From contig OX597831.1 in assembly GCA_951406725.2 (NCBI GenBank), forward strand, positions 69,750,001 to 69,814,000: a stretch of 64,000 nt of DNA, written 5' to 3'. The notes beneath the pieces are model-generated. The model was not told where the DNA came from, ran no database searches, and saw only the letters and a list, made by a program, of their open reading frames with translations. This DNA comes from Octopus vulgaris (Eukaryota). The position numbers were made by a program, and so were the translations under genes. Shown piece after piece: positions 1 to 14,427 of this stretch (position 1 is its first letter; every line of letters starts with the position of its first letter).

Positions 1-99
1 AAAGGTTACCAGCCCCTATCCACATGCACATACACGCTCTCACATACACACACATGCACATCTTCGTTTGAGATCACCACTACTTTATTATCTCCCCTT

Positions 100-330
100 C
101 TTCCTAGCTCTCCTGTCTGACCACCACCGTCCGGCATTTGCCATGATTGATTGCTAGCCACTAAACCTTTTTCATTTTCTCTCTCTGCTTATTTCCGTGT
201 TCCTTTCTGTTGAAGAGCATAGGCTTGAAATGTAAAAGACTTTCTCATTTCCCAAGTGTTAAACTAATACATCTGTTATTTACAACCGGTCTTCATATTT
301 TAGTTTTTTGTAAATTCCAACTGTAGCAAT
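100..330 (+). mobile_element. Penelope-like pseudo-LTR fragment with a variant hammerhead-like motif (203-238)
   Basis: CTTT CTGTTGA A GAGC-ATAG-GCTT GAAA TG TA AAAG; the same family occurs at ~31050-31300 and ~52590-52690. Confidence 0.6.
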
Positions 331-1464
331 AATATATTAAAATTACAATAGTCTAAAATATTTATAACTGCCTTTCCTAAAAATAGTCTCAGAACTTTTT
401 GGTTTTCATAGTAGAAGACACTTGCCTAACATGTTGCTCAGCTGGAGTGAACCCAATGCTACTTGGTTAGAAAATGAACTTAATCACACAGCAATGTCTG
501 TACCATATTAATTAACCTGAATTAATCCCAGTTAATCAAAGATTTTCATTAAAATTATATTAAAGATGAAGCTCTCTCTTCCTTAATCTCTCACTCACAG
601 ACATACACACATGCACAGATATTTATGTACTAAATATATTTATGCATAGAAAACTTCCTGATAAAATTTAATATGCGTGTTTAAAATGTAAAAAAATATC
701 TCTCTTGGTTTAAATTAAAAAAAATATTCTCGATACTGTAATAACTGATGTTATAATTTCATGATTTCACAAGAAGCTGCTGCTGGCAATACACATGCAT
801 ACATATGTATGTACATACATACATACATGTATGTATTTATATATAAAGATAGATATATACATAAACATTGATATATATTTTTGTATGTATGTATGTATGA
901 GATTGTGTGTATGTTTTTTTGGCTCTTCAAAATTAAGTTCATTTCATATTTGTTATGTAGTTTGATGCAGTTTTTATATATATATATATTTTTAATTACC
1001 TTTACATTTATAATTTTCAACTAATTATGAAGTACTCAGGCTTTTGAGTCTCATGTCTGGTTCCAATATGACATCGCAAGGCAAACAAAAGTTGCTATGT
1101 ATTGTCTATGTGTGCTGACATCACTCCTTTACTCATGTCAGACATGAACCCTTTAAATACATCATGTGGAGGTGTTTGAATGCATCAGTCAGGGGGATGT
1201 ACTAGACCCTTTTTGCATGTTGGCTGGTCCTGGCAGATTCCAGACTCAGAGGCTTTGAGAGGAGCTGACATTCTGAGCTTTGAAGTGATGCTGCACACAA
1301 TTATGTTAGACAGGACACTTTGTTTGTATAAATAATCAGAGAATTCCTGTGTAGGTCTTATATGATAAACTTGGTCATGGAAAGTGCCCAGTGTGAGGTC
1401 CTTGTTGGGTGTTTAATTGGGAAAGCAATACTTGTCATAGCTATCAGTGAAGAAAACAAGGGGT

Positions 1465-2370
1465 TACGTGATCATGAGAATTTTCAGCCATCCATTCCTG
1501 TGTTACTAGAGCCATGTGAGATAGAGCAGAGTCTTACTGAAACTCATATGGCATTCCATTGCATACACTGTCTATCCAGGGCTTAATAATTATTTCCAGA
1601 ACCTCAATGTTGGTGATAGAGTTAACTCTAAGGCCTCATGGAAAGAAGTATGAAGACATTATATGTCCTTCATTGCTGACAACCCCTAAAACCATGACAG
1701 CTGCAGGAAATTTTGTATACGTAATACTTGGTACTTCAGAAGGGTCTGCACATAACCATCTGTTATTTCTTCTGTTAACTTTTTGATCTTGGTTGAAGTT
1801 TTTCTCATTTGAGGAAAACCAAATCAAATCTTCTTCTGCTGGATTTTTCAGTTTGTTTAAGAGCCTTTTAGATCTGATGTAGTGATTTTCTTTTGCTTTT
1901 TCTGACAAATTGACCTTTCATCATCATATAAGACTTATATACCTGAAGTTTTCATGGACAACATTTCTGAATGTTCCTTCTGACACATGGAGATCTTTTC
2001 CAACTGACCTTGAAGACTTTCTAGGATTGTAATCATTGGTCTGTTGAAGTTGCAGGATAAATTCAAGTGTTCTGATGATTTCAGAGCTTTTAGAATGCTT
2101 TTTATGCTTCGATATTGGTGATGTTTCCATATTCAGTCTCTAGCTCTTTACAAACTTTGTAGATGAAAGATCTGGCAACTTTTAAAACTCGAGTTATTTC
2201 TAAATCACTATGCTTAGCCTTTATAACCACAATAACAGCATGCTTCTTCATTTCTTGAGTAAGCTAAGGGTCTGCCATTATTATTTCCTGAAACAAAGAT
2301 TATACAGAGTTAGCCAAAATGCAGCAATGACCCAAAACAGGTATTCCTCAAATACCTTACGTGCCCTGAA
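1465..2370 (-). mobile_element. Tc1/mariner (maT-like) transposase remnant
   Basis: LIWFSSNEKNFNQDQKVNRRNNRW, KFPAAVMVLGVVSNEG and a degenerate *DSALSH (QQDSAPSH-like). HTH-like RKSSRSVGKDLHVSEGT upstream. Confidence 0.85.
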
Positions 2371-2926
2371 TATATATATATAAGATAAGCTCTACTACCT
2401 CAATGTTCTTAAAATTCAAATCAACATCTTTGTCTATATATCTACCTTCTCTATAATGCTATCAATTAATATGAAAATTATGTATTAATGGAAAACCTAT
2501 ATAAATGGCTGATGATTGCTCAAAATTTTAAAACTGTTGTAATACTTACAATATTTAATAAAATGATGTAGCGTGAAATGATTGTACCAAATTACCGGAG
2601 ATATTCTTGTTGCTTATTTTGAATATATATATAACTTGTGTCAGCTTTATTGCAAGCAAGGGAATGAACCACTCCCACTCCAGCAAAGCAAAACCAATAG
2701 ACTAGTCCTGGGTTCCTTCCTGTCCACAGTACTGGACGTTTGCCTGCTAGAGATGGCAGCTATTCATCCTTGCTTGCAATATATAAACAAAGAAGCAACT
2801 ATCAGTCACTAATCTCTTAACAATATAAAGTAGCTGGTTTTAAATCTCTGAGATAGACTCATCTAGTAATAACAGTACTAAACAGTAATGGCTGTTACCA
2901 CATTTTACGTGGCTGTTCTATGCTGG

Positions 2927-2963
<37 letters not shown>

Positions 2964-2999
2964 CAAATATTAGTAGAGCAGTTCACAACTATTCTACTC

Positions 3000-4070
3000 T
3001 ACAGTAGATATGTAGATGACATTAATATCATAGTTAGGACCAACTCTAGTAATGGTAGTATAGAAATTGAGAGGAACATAATGGAGAGCATCCAGCAAGT
3101 AGCTAACTCCATCCACCAAAGTATCAAGGTAACTATAGATTACCCCTCTAAGCACCACAACAATAGACTCCCCATACTTGATAATGAACTTTGGTTAGAG
3201 ACTGTGAACAATAGAGTGCAGCTCCTCCACTCTTATTACATGAAACCTATAGCTTCCAAATATGTTGTTCACAAGAGCTCAGTTTTGTCACACAACATGA
3301 AAATTAATATACTGATAGCAGACTTAGGATAATGAACAACATGTTCCCACTATGTGAACCCTATGAAATGAATAAGCATATACAGAACTTCATGCCCTGC
3401 ATGCAGTTCTCTGGATATGATCAGAAAGATAGAGTCCGAGTATACAGGGGTGCTAATAAGAAATTAGACAACATTATACGTAATGATACCCAGTGGTACC
3501 TGCCCTAGATATAGAAACAAAGAGTGGAATTGGATACAAAGAACTTGTGACAAAGCAAACAGGGCAAACACATGGTATAAAACCAACAAATAGCAAGGAG
3601 TGATGTTTGTAGAGGCCACAGCCCATGGAGAACTAGCCCATAGATTTAGGAAAGTTCTGAAGAAGACCAAACTCAACATTAAGATTGTTGAAAAGCCAGG
3701 GAACTCCATCAGATCATAACTATGTAGGACACACTCATTTGAGAATACCATATGCACAATGATAACTGCATGACATGTAGGATTAGCCCTGGCATTAAAT
3801 GTAGTCTAAAGCATAAGATGCAAAGAAGGTGCTTGTAAAGACATGAACATGACATACATAGGGGAGACATCTAGGAGCATTGCAGAAAGACAAAATGAAC
3901 ATTTGAGACAATATGACAACAAAAAAAAAAACAGTCCTCATACTATACCAACATGGAGGTAACCTGGGTCAATTGGACATCCACATCTTATCCAAGCACC
4001 CAAAGGATCCAACACTCAGGCATATGCAGGAGTATGTCCTCATAAGTGAAACCTTCCCAATACTAAATAG
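3000..4070 (+). mobile_element. Penelope-like element remnant (RT C-terminus plus GIY-YIG endonuclease)
   Basis: RYVDD at ~3006-3020, LPILD and YMKP...HKSS thumb motifs, and TYIGETSRSIAERQNEH at ~3852-3901. Multiple stops. Confidence 0.85.
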
Positions 4071-4235
4071 GAAATATACATAGTAGATATCATACCTCCA
4101 CACCCACAGTTTACACAGGTAGAGTAGAATAGTTAGTGGTCTGTTAAGTAGATAGATGTATGTATGTGTGTGTGGATGTATGTATATACATATATATATG
4201 TGTGTAGATAGATGCATGTGTGTGGGGTGGGTGTA

Positions 4236-4275
<40 letters not shown>

Positions 4276-4833
4276 TGTATGTAAGCATATGGTTATGAAA
4301 GTAAACAGATCAACATACAGACAAATAGTTACATAGGTTATATGAACAAACAAGCACACATATACAAATGAAGACTGAAACACATGGCCATATATACACA
4401 CACACTTTACTTCACACAAGGACACATATGGAGACACAGGTTCACACATATGGAGATGCCCATCCATACAAACACACATACATGCACAAACATGAAAACA
4501 CACAAACACAGACATGCAAACACATGAATATGCAGAATACATACATACAAATCTACACACATAGATAGATACATATGCACACACACATACATGCATACAC
4601 ACACATGCATACATACATGCATGTATAGGCACACACACTAATCCCCACACATGTGCACAAGCAAACAAAAATGAATGCAGTGTGAGTAACAGTCAGAATC
4701 AACAACTATTGAAAATGTTGCAAGACGCAACGGAAATTTTAGAAAAATATAAAAAAAAACAAGTGGAAATTTTACCAGTGAGTGTGTTAAACTATAAGGC
4801 ACCAAAAAAGAATGACTCTCCCCAGACACAACA

Positions 4834-4873
<40 letters not shown>

Positions 4874-4879
4874 AAATAG

Positions 4880-5234
4880 AAATAGCATGAACAGGATAAA
4901 TTATCCATAAATTGCAGAAAAATGCATTACCAGCCACCCATGAGACTCAAACTCACATCCCTTTGATTATGGGTCAAGTACTTTACCATTAAGCTAAACT
5001 GCCCAGTAACGAATTCTTCTGCAATTTTAGAACTTATAGATTTATGAATTTATCAGTTTACTTTCATTGTAAGTTGAATTTAACGTTAGTGTCTTATGAA
5101 GCTAAATTTATAAGTTCTAAAATTGCAGTACTGGGCAGTTTAGCTTAATGGTAAAGCACTTGAGGCATAATCACGGCTGACCAGTAACGTATTTTTCTGC
5201 AATGTATGGATAATTTATCCTGTTCATGCTATTT
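4880..5234. repeat. Foldback element with a tRNA-like sequence in each arm
   Basis: Inverted arms (AAATAGCATGAACAGGATAAATTATCCATA / TATGGATAATTTATCCTGTTCATGCTATTT; inner ACTTTACCATTAAGCTAAACTGCCCAGTA / TACTGGGCAGTTTAGCTTAATGGTAAAGCA). Confidence 0.85.
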
Positions 5235-5345
5235 TATTAGCATTATCATGCATTTGAGAATAAAATATTTTTTTATGTATCTTTCAATACATCTCAATGT
5301 TTCTAAAACAAACTTTGTTTACTTTCATCATAAGTTATATACACA

Positions 5346-5385
<40 letters not shown>

Positions 5386-5459
5386 AAGATAGACAGCAGA
5401 CACAGATCTACAGAGAAACAAACAGACAGATAGATAGATATACACATATATAAACATAC

Positions 5460-5620
5460 AATGAGCTTCTTTCAGTTTCTGTCTACCAAATTTGCTCATA
5501 AGCCTTTGGTCGACCTGAAGCTATGGTAGAAGACACTTATCCAAGGTGCCACACAGAGGGACTGAACCTGGAACTATGTGATTAGGAAGCAAGCTTCTTA
5601 CCACACAGCCCACCTGTACC
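5460..5620 (-). mobile_element. SINE family A, 5' half
   Basis: Aligns with 6970-7130. Confidence 0.8.
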
Positions 5621-6656
5621 TGTGTATGTGTGTTTGCATGTATGTATATATGTGTGCGTGTGTATTAGACAGGGAGAGAAAGAGAGAGGGATAGAAAAGA
5701 GAGAGAAAGAAAGTGAGATGAAGAGAGAGAGAAAAAGTAAATTTAGTTTTCATATTTTCTTCGCCAGTGTTAACAATATAACTGGCAGCATTCAGAGTCA
5801 TATGAATTTTAGAGAAAAATTCTTAGCATGGATTCAATAATTTCTGCATGTTATCACTAATTTTATAAATACTGTTTCATTCTTTCTCTCAACCTCCTCT
5901 TCCTTCTTTCTTTATCTCTTTCTTTCTCACCTCTCCTATTTCTTTAATATTTTTCTTTATCTGCTTGATACGTTCTTCAAAAATAATATTTTTCAGTTTT
6001 TACATTAAAATAACTTATTATCTGTACATCAGAATTTTTCATATCAAAAAAGATTTCTTGCCTGTTCTTTCATAGTTTATCAGTTTTGAATGTGAATTTA
6101 TGTGCAGCTAAAGCAATTCAGTAAAAAATAAACAGAAAATTTGAAATTATTTTCCTGACCTCAGGTAATGAAGCTTGAAGGAAATGAAATGTGTTGTATA
6201 AAACGATAAATGGAATAATGATACGAGTTAGTTTGCTGGTGATATTTTAAACATGACATCACTGCAAATACTTTTAACTACAGCTTCAACGACACAGATC
6301 TCTTCCCTGTTGTCACTTACATCATCTTTCTTGACAGATGCTCACTTCACTAATACAAAATAGATTGTTGAGCCATGATGTCTTTTGACAGGTGGAATTT
6401 GAATTTTTCAAGCAGGTCTGATGATAAATTCTTTGCAGTCACATGGGTCTGGATGCAATCCCACTGCACAAAACGTCAGGAAAGGGTCTTCCACCATAGC
6501 TTTATATGAAAAATATTTTGTGTATGGAATCTGCATGACAGAAACTTTGAGGAAACTCATCAAGTATCTATCAGTTTGACTGCTTGTACACACACACACA
6601 CATGTGCATGCATGCATGAGACACACACACACACACACATGTGCGTGCATGCATGA

Positions 6657-6704
<48 letters not shown>

Positions 6705-6714
6705 TTGAATGTTA

Positions 6715-7130
6715 CTCTCTTTACTCTTTTACTCCTTTACTTGTTTCAGTCATGTGACTGTGGCCATGCTGGAGCACCGCCTTTAGTCAATCAAATCGAC
6801 CCCAGGACTTATTCTTTGTAAGCCCAGTACTTATTCTATTGGTCTCTTTTGCTGAACCGCTAAGTTACGGGGACGTAAACACACCAGCATCGGTTGTCAA
6901 GCGATGTTGGGAGGGACAAACACAGACACACAAACACACACAAACATATACATATATATACATATATACGACGGGCTTCTTTCAGTTTCCATCTACCAAA
7001 TCCACTCACAAGGCTTTGGTCGGCCCGAGGCTATAGTAGAAGACACTCACCCAAGGTGCCACGCAGTGGGACTGAATCCGGAACCATGTGGTTGGTTAGC
7101 AAGCTACTTACCACACAGCCACTCCTATGC
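6715..7130 (-). mobile_element. tRNA-derived SINE family A, full copy
   Basis: Head GGAGTGGCTGTGTGGTAAG...GGATTCAGTCCC, CORE-like ACCTTGGG, internal TA/TG microsatellite, (GTAAAAGA)-type tail. Confidence 0.9.
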
Positions 7131-7325
7131 CTAGTACCATGTAATCTAATGCAACCTCCTACAATGACTGAAGTGCCTCTCCGCCATGCTAGTCTGGTGA
7201 TGTGGGTTAATACCTGCCAACAAATATGTCTTTTGACGTATTTGATGCTGAGTAATGTACTTTTCAATGAATACTACATATCACCCACATACAAGCATGC
7301 ATGAAAACACACACACAAGTACACA

Positions 7326-7364
<39 letters not shown>

Positions 7365-7429
7365 ACTATAATATACACTACCATAATATAATCTCTTCAA
7401 AAAGTCACATCCAAATACCACCACCACTC

Positions 7430-7513
7430 CTACTACTACAACTACTACTACTACTACTACTAAAATTACTACTACTACTACTACTGCTACTACTAACATT
7501 ACTACTACTACCC

Positions 7514-7564
<51 letters not shown>
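7430..7564. repeat. (TAC)n microsatellite
   Basis: Directly visible; source of the poly-L/V/S ORFs. Confidence 0.95.
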
Positions 7565-7699
7565 AAATCTACCAAAAGGATAGCTGAACCCAGCATAGTG
7601 CATATCTAGCAATAGTACACAAGGATATAAAAATGCTCAACGTACAAAATGGGCTCCATGTAATACCACTTTGGGAATGATGAACTCCTTGTTCTGGAC

Positions 7700-8900
7700 A
7701 CAAGATCTGTCCAGAAGTAGAATAAGAAAGGAGGTTTCATTACATCTAATTTGTGTGCACAGAAAAATGGAAAACAAAGTTATCCTAAACGAGGTTCTAT
7801 TACAACAAATGCAAAAGCACCAATTCTAAAGACTACATAGTGATGTGTAAAGTAAAAGATGTCCTGAGTGTTTTATCATGCGAAATGAAAGTGAAGTCAC
7901 AAAAGGAAATTCTTCATAATGATCCTGTTCTGAGAGCAAATGTACCGTTCTAAAAATAGAAGGAAAAATATTTTTTGTAAATGCCAAAAAACATCTGAAG
8001 CCCCATTTCCAAATGCTTTTTATCCTATATACTGTTAGCACAACAAAAAGAAATATTCATTTAGAAAGAAGTTTCTATATGGCACTCCTTCTGAAGACTA
8101 TTGAAGAATTAGCTACTTAGGGAAAACTTATGAACAATTCATGACAGCAGAGCCAAATGTAATCTTGATGTTTACATACCCATCATCCTTTCATTACCTT
8201 AACAAAAATTCTTACTGGTCTACCAGCAAATTTGACAGATGTCCTGATTTGTTCTACTAGTTGTTTACCATTCCAAAGCAATATCTATGGGAAAAGTAGA
8301 AGAACAATACATTATCATACTGGAATCTCTTGTTAAGATTTTTGCTACCTGGAGTTTGGATTACAAAATAACTTATAACAGTATTCGATTTGAGTTGCTG
8401 TTTATTACTTTTACCTTTTTAGGTTGGTGCATACAAAATGTTTCCAATTTTTTTTTTTATTAATCAATATGGAAAAACTTAAGAAGCTTAGACTTGTGAC
8501 TCAGTACTTTACTGATGAAGGCTTTGCTTATTTTGCAACTCAGCGAATGATCTCCTGGATAATTTTCCTCTTTGAAAAATGTATTTTGAAAAATTCCATA
8601 TCCTTGAAGAAGGATATCACAAACAATACACTGGATAGTAATTCAATCCATTTCATTATTGAGTCACATACAAATGTTTGTGTGCCAGGTTCACAGCATC
8701 TTGTTGACACTTGCATAGGTATGAATTTATGTTCACTCTATCTTAAAGAGCCTTAAATGCACTGTTTTCTTAACAAGAATTTGACCACTTTATTGAACTA
8801 TACAAACAGAAACACTTTGGATTGTTTTGAAGAATTGCTTATAATCTTCAAATATAAATGTACTTTGCATCTTTCGAAAATTTCTTATCTCATAATTACA
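7700..8900 (-). pseudogene. Possible highly decayed non-LTR reverse transcriptase
   Basis: Frameshifted traces on the minus strand (DAVN...IMKWIELL, DIALEW, GYVN) occur in the order expected for an L1-type RT. Weak. Confidence 0.3.
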
Positions 8901-9669
8901 TCTATATTCTTAGAAAGAAAATAGACACAGATTGTTTGAAAATATAGTGAAAATATACATAATTTAAAAGACATGTTGGACTTACTAAATTTACTGTAAG
9001 ATGTTTCAAAAAAGTTATCAAAGTATAATTTTTGATATTTTTTAATGTTTTTTCTATGAATATATCCTTCAACCAAATTGCTTTACAGTCAATATTCTTT
9101 CGTCAAATATGTTTTTGATAAATAAGTCATATTCCATTGACACACTCACTCCCCCTCATACACACATTCTCACCACACACACACAAACACACACATGCAT
9201 TATCTACTGTCATAACATTGAGCAATCTTTTCTAGAGGCCATATTCTTACCACAACAAATAATAAAAATAATGATAATAATGGTGATGATGATTATCATC
9301 ATGATTATAACTGCAACAGCAACAACAATAATATTAGATGTTTTTGATTTAGGCACAAGAACAGCTAATATGGCTAAAGAGATAAGATATTGTTTATTAA
9401 TTGAGAAAGACCATGTACTTTTTGGCTTGAAGAAAAACAAGCCTTACACAAAGCAGATGGAAAAAAAAAAACCTTGAGTGACAAGTAAAACAGGCAGTTT
9501 TGAATGAAACTGAGAAACAGTAAGACCTAATGCGGACTTGGGCGAGGGTAGAAAAGAAAAAGGTACAGGCAGTTTGTAAAAAAGACATAAAGACAAATAG
9601 TGAGAGCAAGTAGTGATGTTTTACTGCAGAGATAAAACAGAGTGGTAAAACAAGAATAGACAGAACTTT

Positions 9670-9733
<64 letters not shown>

Positions 9734-11092
9734 TTAGTATAAAGGTAGTCAATAATACATGTAACTATAGAGTTAAGGTTCTAAGACTTAGATTCCTTGG
9801 TTGCAATGTCTAGCTTATACAGTAGGACTAAGAAATATTTATTCACACGTTCATATCTTTTAATTGTTATATATGCTACTATGGTACTAAAACAATTGTA
9901 ATCATATACTACCTACACATCTTACAATTGTACAACTGTTTCAGTACTGAGTAACTTTCAAAGATATATATACTTAAAAGCATCTGTAGGTATTTTGGAA
10001 ATTATGTAATAAAAATAATGCCAACCCAAAATCCACAAAGCAGCCACTTTTCAAGACGTGTGTGAGTGAGTGACTTGTAACTATTGTATATAAATGTACA
10101 AGTAAATTTTTTGTGTCCTTAAGTCAATAAAATGTTTATTATATTACTAAATTTCTGAATGTGTCAGAATTTTCAACAGCTGATCCGAAAAGCTTTCATT
10201 TTATTTTTAAAATTCAATTTAAGTTTTTAATTTTAATTTATTAAGTAAATGTCAAAATATTTTCTTTCCTTTATTTTCCATTACTCAATAAACTTCTGTG
10301 TATAATACCAATCTCTTGGCTAGGTGTCAAGCAATAGATAATTACAGTTTTTACGTAGTTTAATCTCTGATCTTTTCAATAATTCTAAGGTCTTTTTTTT
10401 TTGATAAGTGGTTGTTTTGTGGATGCTGCATTGATGTTTTTCATATGTCATACGTTTTCCCCCAAATAAACTGCTGAACATACATTTATTCATATCTATG
10501 CCAAGACACATATGCATTAAAACAGCTGAACAATTGTCAGGTAATTTAATCCTTAACAGATAAATATATTGATAGCTTGACAGATAAGCAACAGGTTCGC
10601 AGGTAATTTTGTTTCGTGAGAAAGTGATTGAGTAAGATATGCTTTATAATTTGTTTTGCCTTCACACTCAGAGCCATTCTGGAATGATTTGTGATAGTTG
10701 TTGTATAAAAGAGAGAACAGCATTGATTGGCAAATAAGAATTTAATGGCTAAAGATTAAGAAAAACACATTGAAACAAAATATTGACAATGACAAAACTA
10801 TTACAAATGGTGACAAGAGCAATTTAAAATTTAATCTGTTTTATATGAAAATGTTTACCATTTAAAAAATGATAGTTTGATTAATTACTTTGGATTTTTA
10901 AACTAAAAGATGTGCATGCAGTTTCTGTATGTACTTAAGATTACAGATTTACATGCACACACACATGTATAGGTGTATATATGCATACACAGATATGTGT
11001 GTGTATGTATATACAAACATACATGCACATACATACATATATATATATATATATACATACATTTACATACACACATACATATATATATTTAA

Positions 11093-11169
<77 letters not shown>

Positions 11170-11702
11170 CATACATATACATTTACATAACCACTCACAA
11201 ATAAAGTAGAAAATTGGATTTAGAGATGGAAGCAATACTCACAGTAAATACTATCACAAGGAATCGGCTATCAGTTCATGTAATAATTAAATTATGATGT
11301 AGTTTAACCTGTCCATGCAACCAAAAACTCAAGCTATGCAAGTAGTAAATATTTCCATAGTGAGTAAATAAAAATCACAAAATCAAGAGATATGGGAGGT
11401 GAATGCAGATTTATTATTATTGCAAATATAATATGCAACATATTGCTGAAGCAGACATATCGATGTAAATTGTGTATATTAATTTGGAATGTTAATAATA
11501 CTACATTGAGAAGTGTATGGAAATCAAATGGCAAAATCAATTGGAAAATAATAAAACTCTATTCACTTCTGACGTATACATAAATACAAACATACACATA
11601 CGCATACATATTTGAACATATATGTGGAGGTGAACATGTATATATATGTGTGTGTGTGTATGTATATATCTGTTTTGAATATTATATATTCTTTCATTTA
11701 TT

Positions 11703-11915
11703 CTTTTCTTTTACTTGTTTCAGTCATTTGACTGCGGCCATGCTGGAGCACCGCCTTTAGTCGAGCAACTTGACCCCGGGACTTATTCTTTGTAAGCCCA
11801 GTACTTATTCTATCAGTCTCTTTTGCTGAACCGCTAAGTGACGGGGACGTAAACACACCAGCATCGGTCATCAAGCAATGCTAGGGGGACAAACACAGAC
11901 ACACAAACACATGCG

Positions 11916-11959
<44 letters not shown>

Positions 11960-12943
11960 TTTTAATTTATTATATAGAAGGAGCTTCTACAGGACTAGTA
12001 CTGTTTCATTCAAGAGAAATCTTCAGGAAGCTATTTAACAAGAATTGTATTAGCATTTATACATTTAGGCAGGTTTAAAGGAGTGGTGGTGGGGGACTTT
12101 TTGGGGGTAGGCATAGCGCAAAATATCATACTTGGGGGAGTGGTCAAGGAGTCAGTGGTAAGTTAGATGAAGGAATAGATAAATAAAAAATAAAAAAATA
12201 AAAAAATATAAAAAATAAAAAGTAAAAAATAAAAAAATAAAATAAAATAAAAAAATAAAAAAATAAAAAATATAAAAAATATATATAAAAAAAATATATA
12301 TATAAAATATATATATACAAAAATATATATATAAAAAAAAGGGGGGGATAGAGTTATAGGTAAATAAGGAGATTCTCACTTATACCTATACACACATGTA
12401 TACGTATCTACACACACATACATACATACACATATATATACACACACATATACATATATACATATATATACATACATATACATACCTACACATACACACA
12501 TACATACATACAAATATACATATACATATATATATATATACAATCCAATACAGGCCCATTCCCTAATTTTAATTTTATTATCTTCATTTATTACTTTTGT
12601 TATCTTTGATCGCTAGGGCTAAGAATCCTGGCAATGGCTGCAGTCCATTTGTCTGTCTACTAGAAGGCAAGTACTCATTCCCGCACGCACAATCATTAGC
12701 ACGTACATTCACCCATTCGTACACTCATACACATACACGTACGCACGCGTTATATTCATACATACAAACATCTACATACGTTCACGTATATACACATACG
12801 TACTCGTACCTACAGATTCGTGTCTACACTTTAGGAGGCTAGACTATACATATACACCAATAAATATACATATATATATATATATATATACCCGCATATA
12901 CATACACACACACACATATATACTCCTACATACAGATACATAC

Positions 12944-12975
<32 letters not shown>

Positions 12976-12976
12976 G

Positions 12977-13022
<46 letters not shown>

Positions 13023-13482
13023 CATACACATACACACATACATATACACACACATACATACACATATATATACATACACAAACATATATACACACATATA
13101 TATATACATACACACATACACACATACATACGTATACATACATACATACATCCATACATCCATACTTACATGCATTTATACGCATACACACACCCATCTA
13201 TATATATGCATATATATATATATATATATATATACACACTCACACATACATATACAAATCCACGCACACACATACATACATACACGTATACGCATATATA
13301 TATATATATACATATATACGACGGGCTTTATTCAGTTTCTGTCTACCAAATCCACTCTCAAGGCATTGGTCAGCCCAGGGCTATAGCAGAAGACACTTGC
13401 CCAAGATGCCACGCAGTGGGACTGAACCCAGAACCATGTGGTTGGTTAGCAATCTACTTACCACACTGCCACTCCTGCACCT
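11703..13482 (-). mobile_element. SINE family A split in two (3' half ~11703-11920, 5' half ~13310-13482) by an insertion in its internal microsatellite
   Basis: The two halves are collinear with the 6715-7130 copy; about 1.4 kb intervenes and carries the hammerhead at 11982-12032. Confidence 0.7.
11982..12032 (-). ncRNA. Type I hammerhead ribozyme motif
   Basis: Minus strand AGCTTC CTGAAGA TTTC-TCTT-GAAT GAAA CAG-TACTAGTC-CTG TA GAAGCT: 6-bp stem I, full core, stem III and a GUA cleavage triplet. Stem II closes with a U-U mismatch. Confidence 0.78.
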
Positions 13483-13499
13483 AAGAATATATATATTCT

Positions 13500-13890
13500 T
13501 ATATTTTACCTGTTTCAGTCATTTGACTGTGGCCATGCTGGAGCACTGCCTTTAGTTGAACAAAATGACCTCAGAACTTATTCTTTGTAAGCATAGTACT
13601 TATTCTATCGGTCTCTTTTGCTAAACAACTAAGTTGCAGGGTTGTAAACACACCACATCAGTTGTCAAGCGATGGGGGGTGAGGGGTAGGACAAATTCGG
13701 ATACACAAACATATATATATATATGATGGGCTTCTTTCAATTTCTGTCTACCAAATCCACTCACAAGGTTTTGGTCGGCCTGAGGCTATAGTAGAAGACA
13801 CTTGCCCAAGGTGCCATACAGTGGAACAGAGCCCAGAACCATGTGGTTGGTAAGCAAGCTACTTACAACACAGCCACTCCTATGCCTGTA
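13500..13890 (-). mobile_element. SINE family A copy
   Basis: Aligns with 6715-7130. Confidence 0.88.
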
Positions 13891-14427
13891 TATATCAAAT
13901 AAATTAAAGCACTCATTCTTAGGTCATTAATTAAGCGTGGCATATAAAATCAGATTTGTATTTTTTTGTTTGTGTTGGGACAGGAGTAAACTGCAGTCAC
14001 AGATATTACTGAATTGTACTAGACTGATCCCAATAGGCAACGATAATATTTATTCTGAAGAGTCTGAGGTGAGAGAGGACAAATATTTACTATATGATAA
14101 ATAGTTTCCAAGTAAGCAATTTCCACTCTGTGTAACTGTTATAAAATGATCAAAAACTTTTCTAATTTATAATGTAATCTATACTTAACTTTATGGTAAT
14201 GCTAAACTATAATAAACCATCTCCCAAACTTAGAAGCGCTTAAATTTTTGAAAAATACTTCATCCACTCTTCAGTGAAACAAACCTTGTATAAATTATGG
14301 TTTTGCTTAAAATTTAAAATATTGAGAATATATATATATGTGTGTGTGTGTGTGTGAAAATTATTAATAACTTCTTTTGAATTTTCCTTTTGATGGTATA
14401 ATTTTTTTATTTTATTTTTTTTTTGCT

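Noticed and set aside
4932-5004. Functional tRNA-Met gene
   Set aside because: The acceptor stem does not pair, the B-box is mutated, and the CAT anticodon could result from CpG decay.
6839-7304. Recurring ORFs such as RRASFSFHLPNPLTRLW and EDTCPRCHAVGLN
   Set aside because: Incidental translations of SINE family A, not a gene family.
9860-9975. Small degenerate inverted repeat with GAAACAGTTGTA
   Set aside because: Too short and decayed to call a ribozyme or an element.
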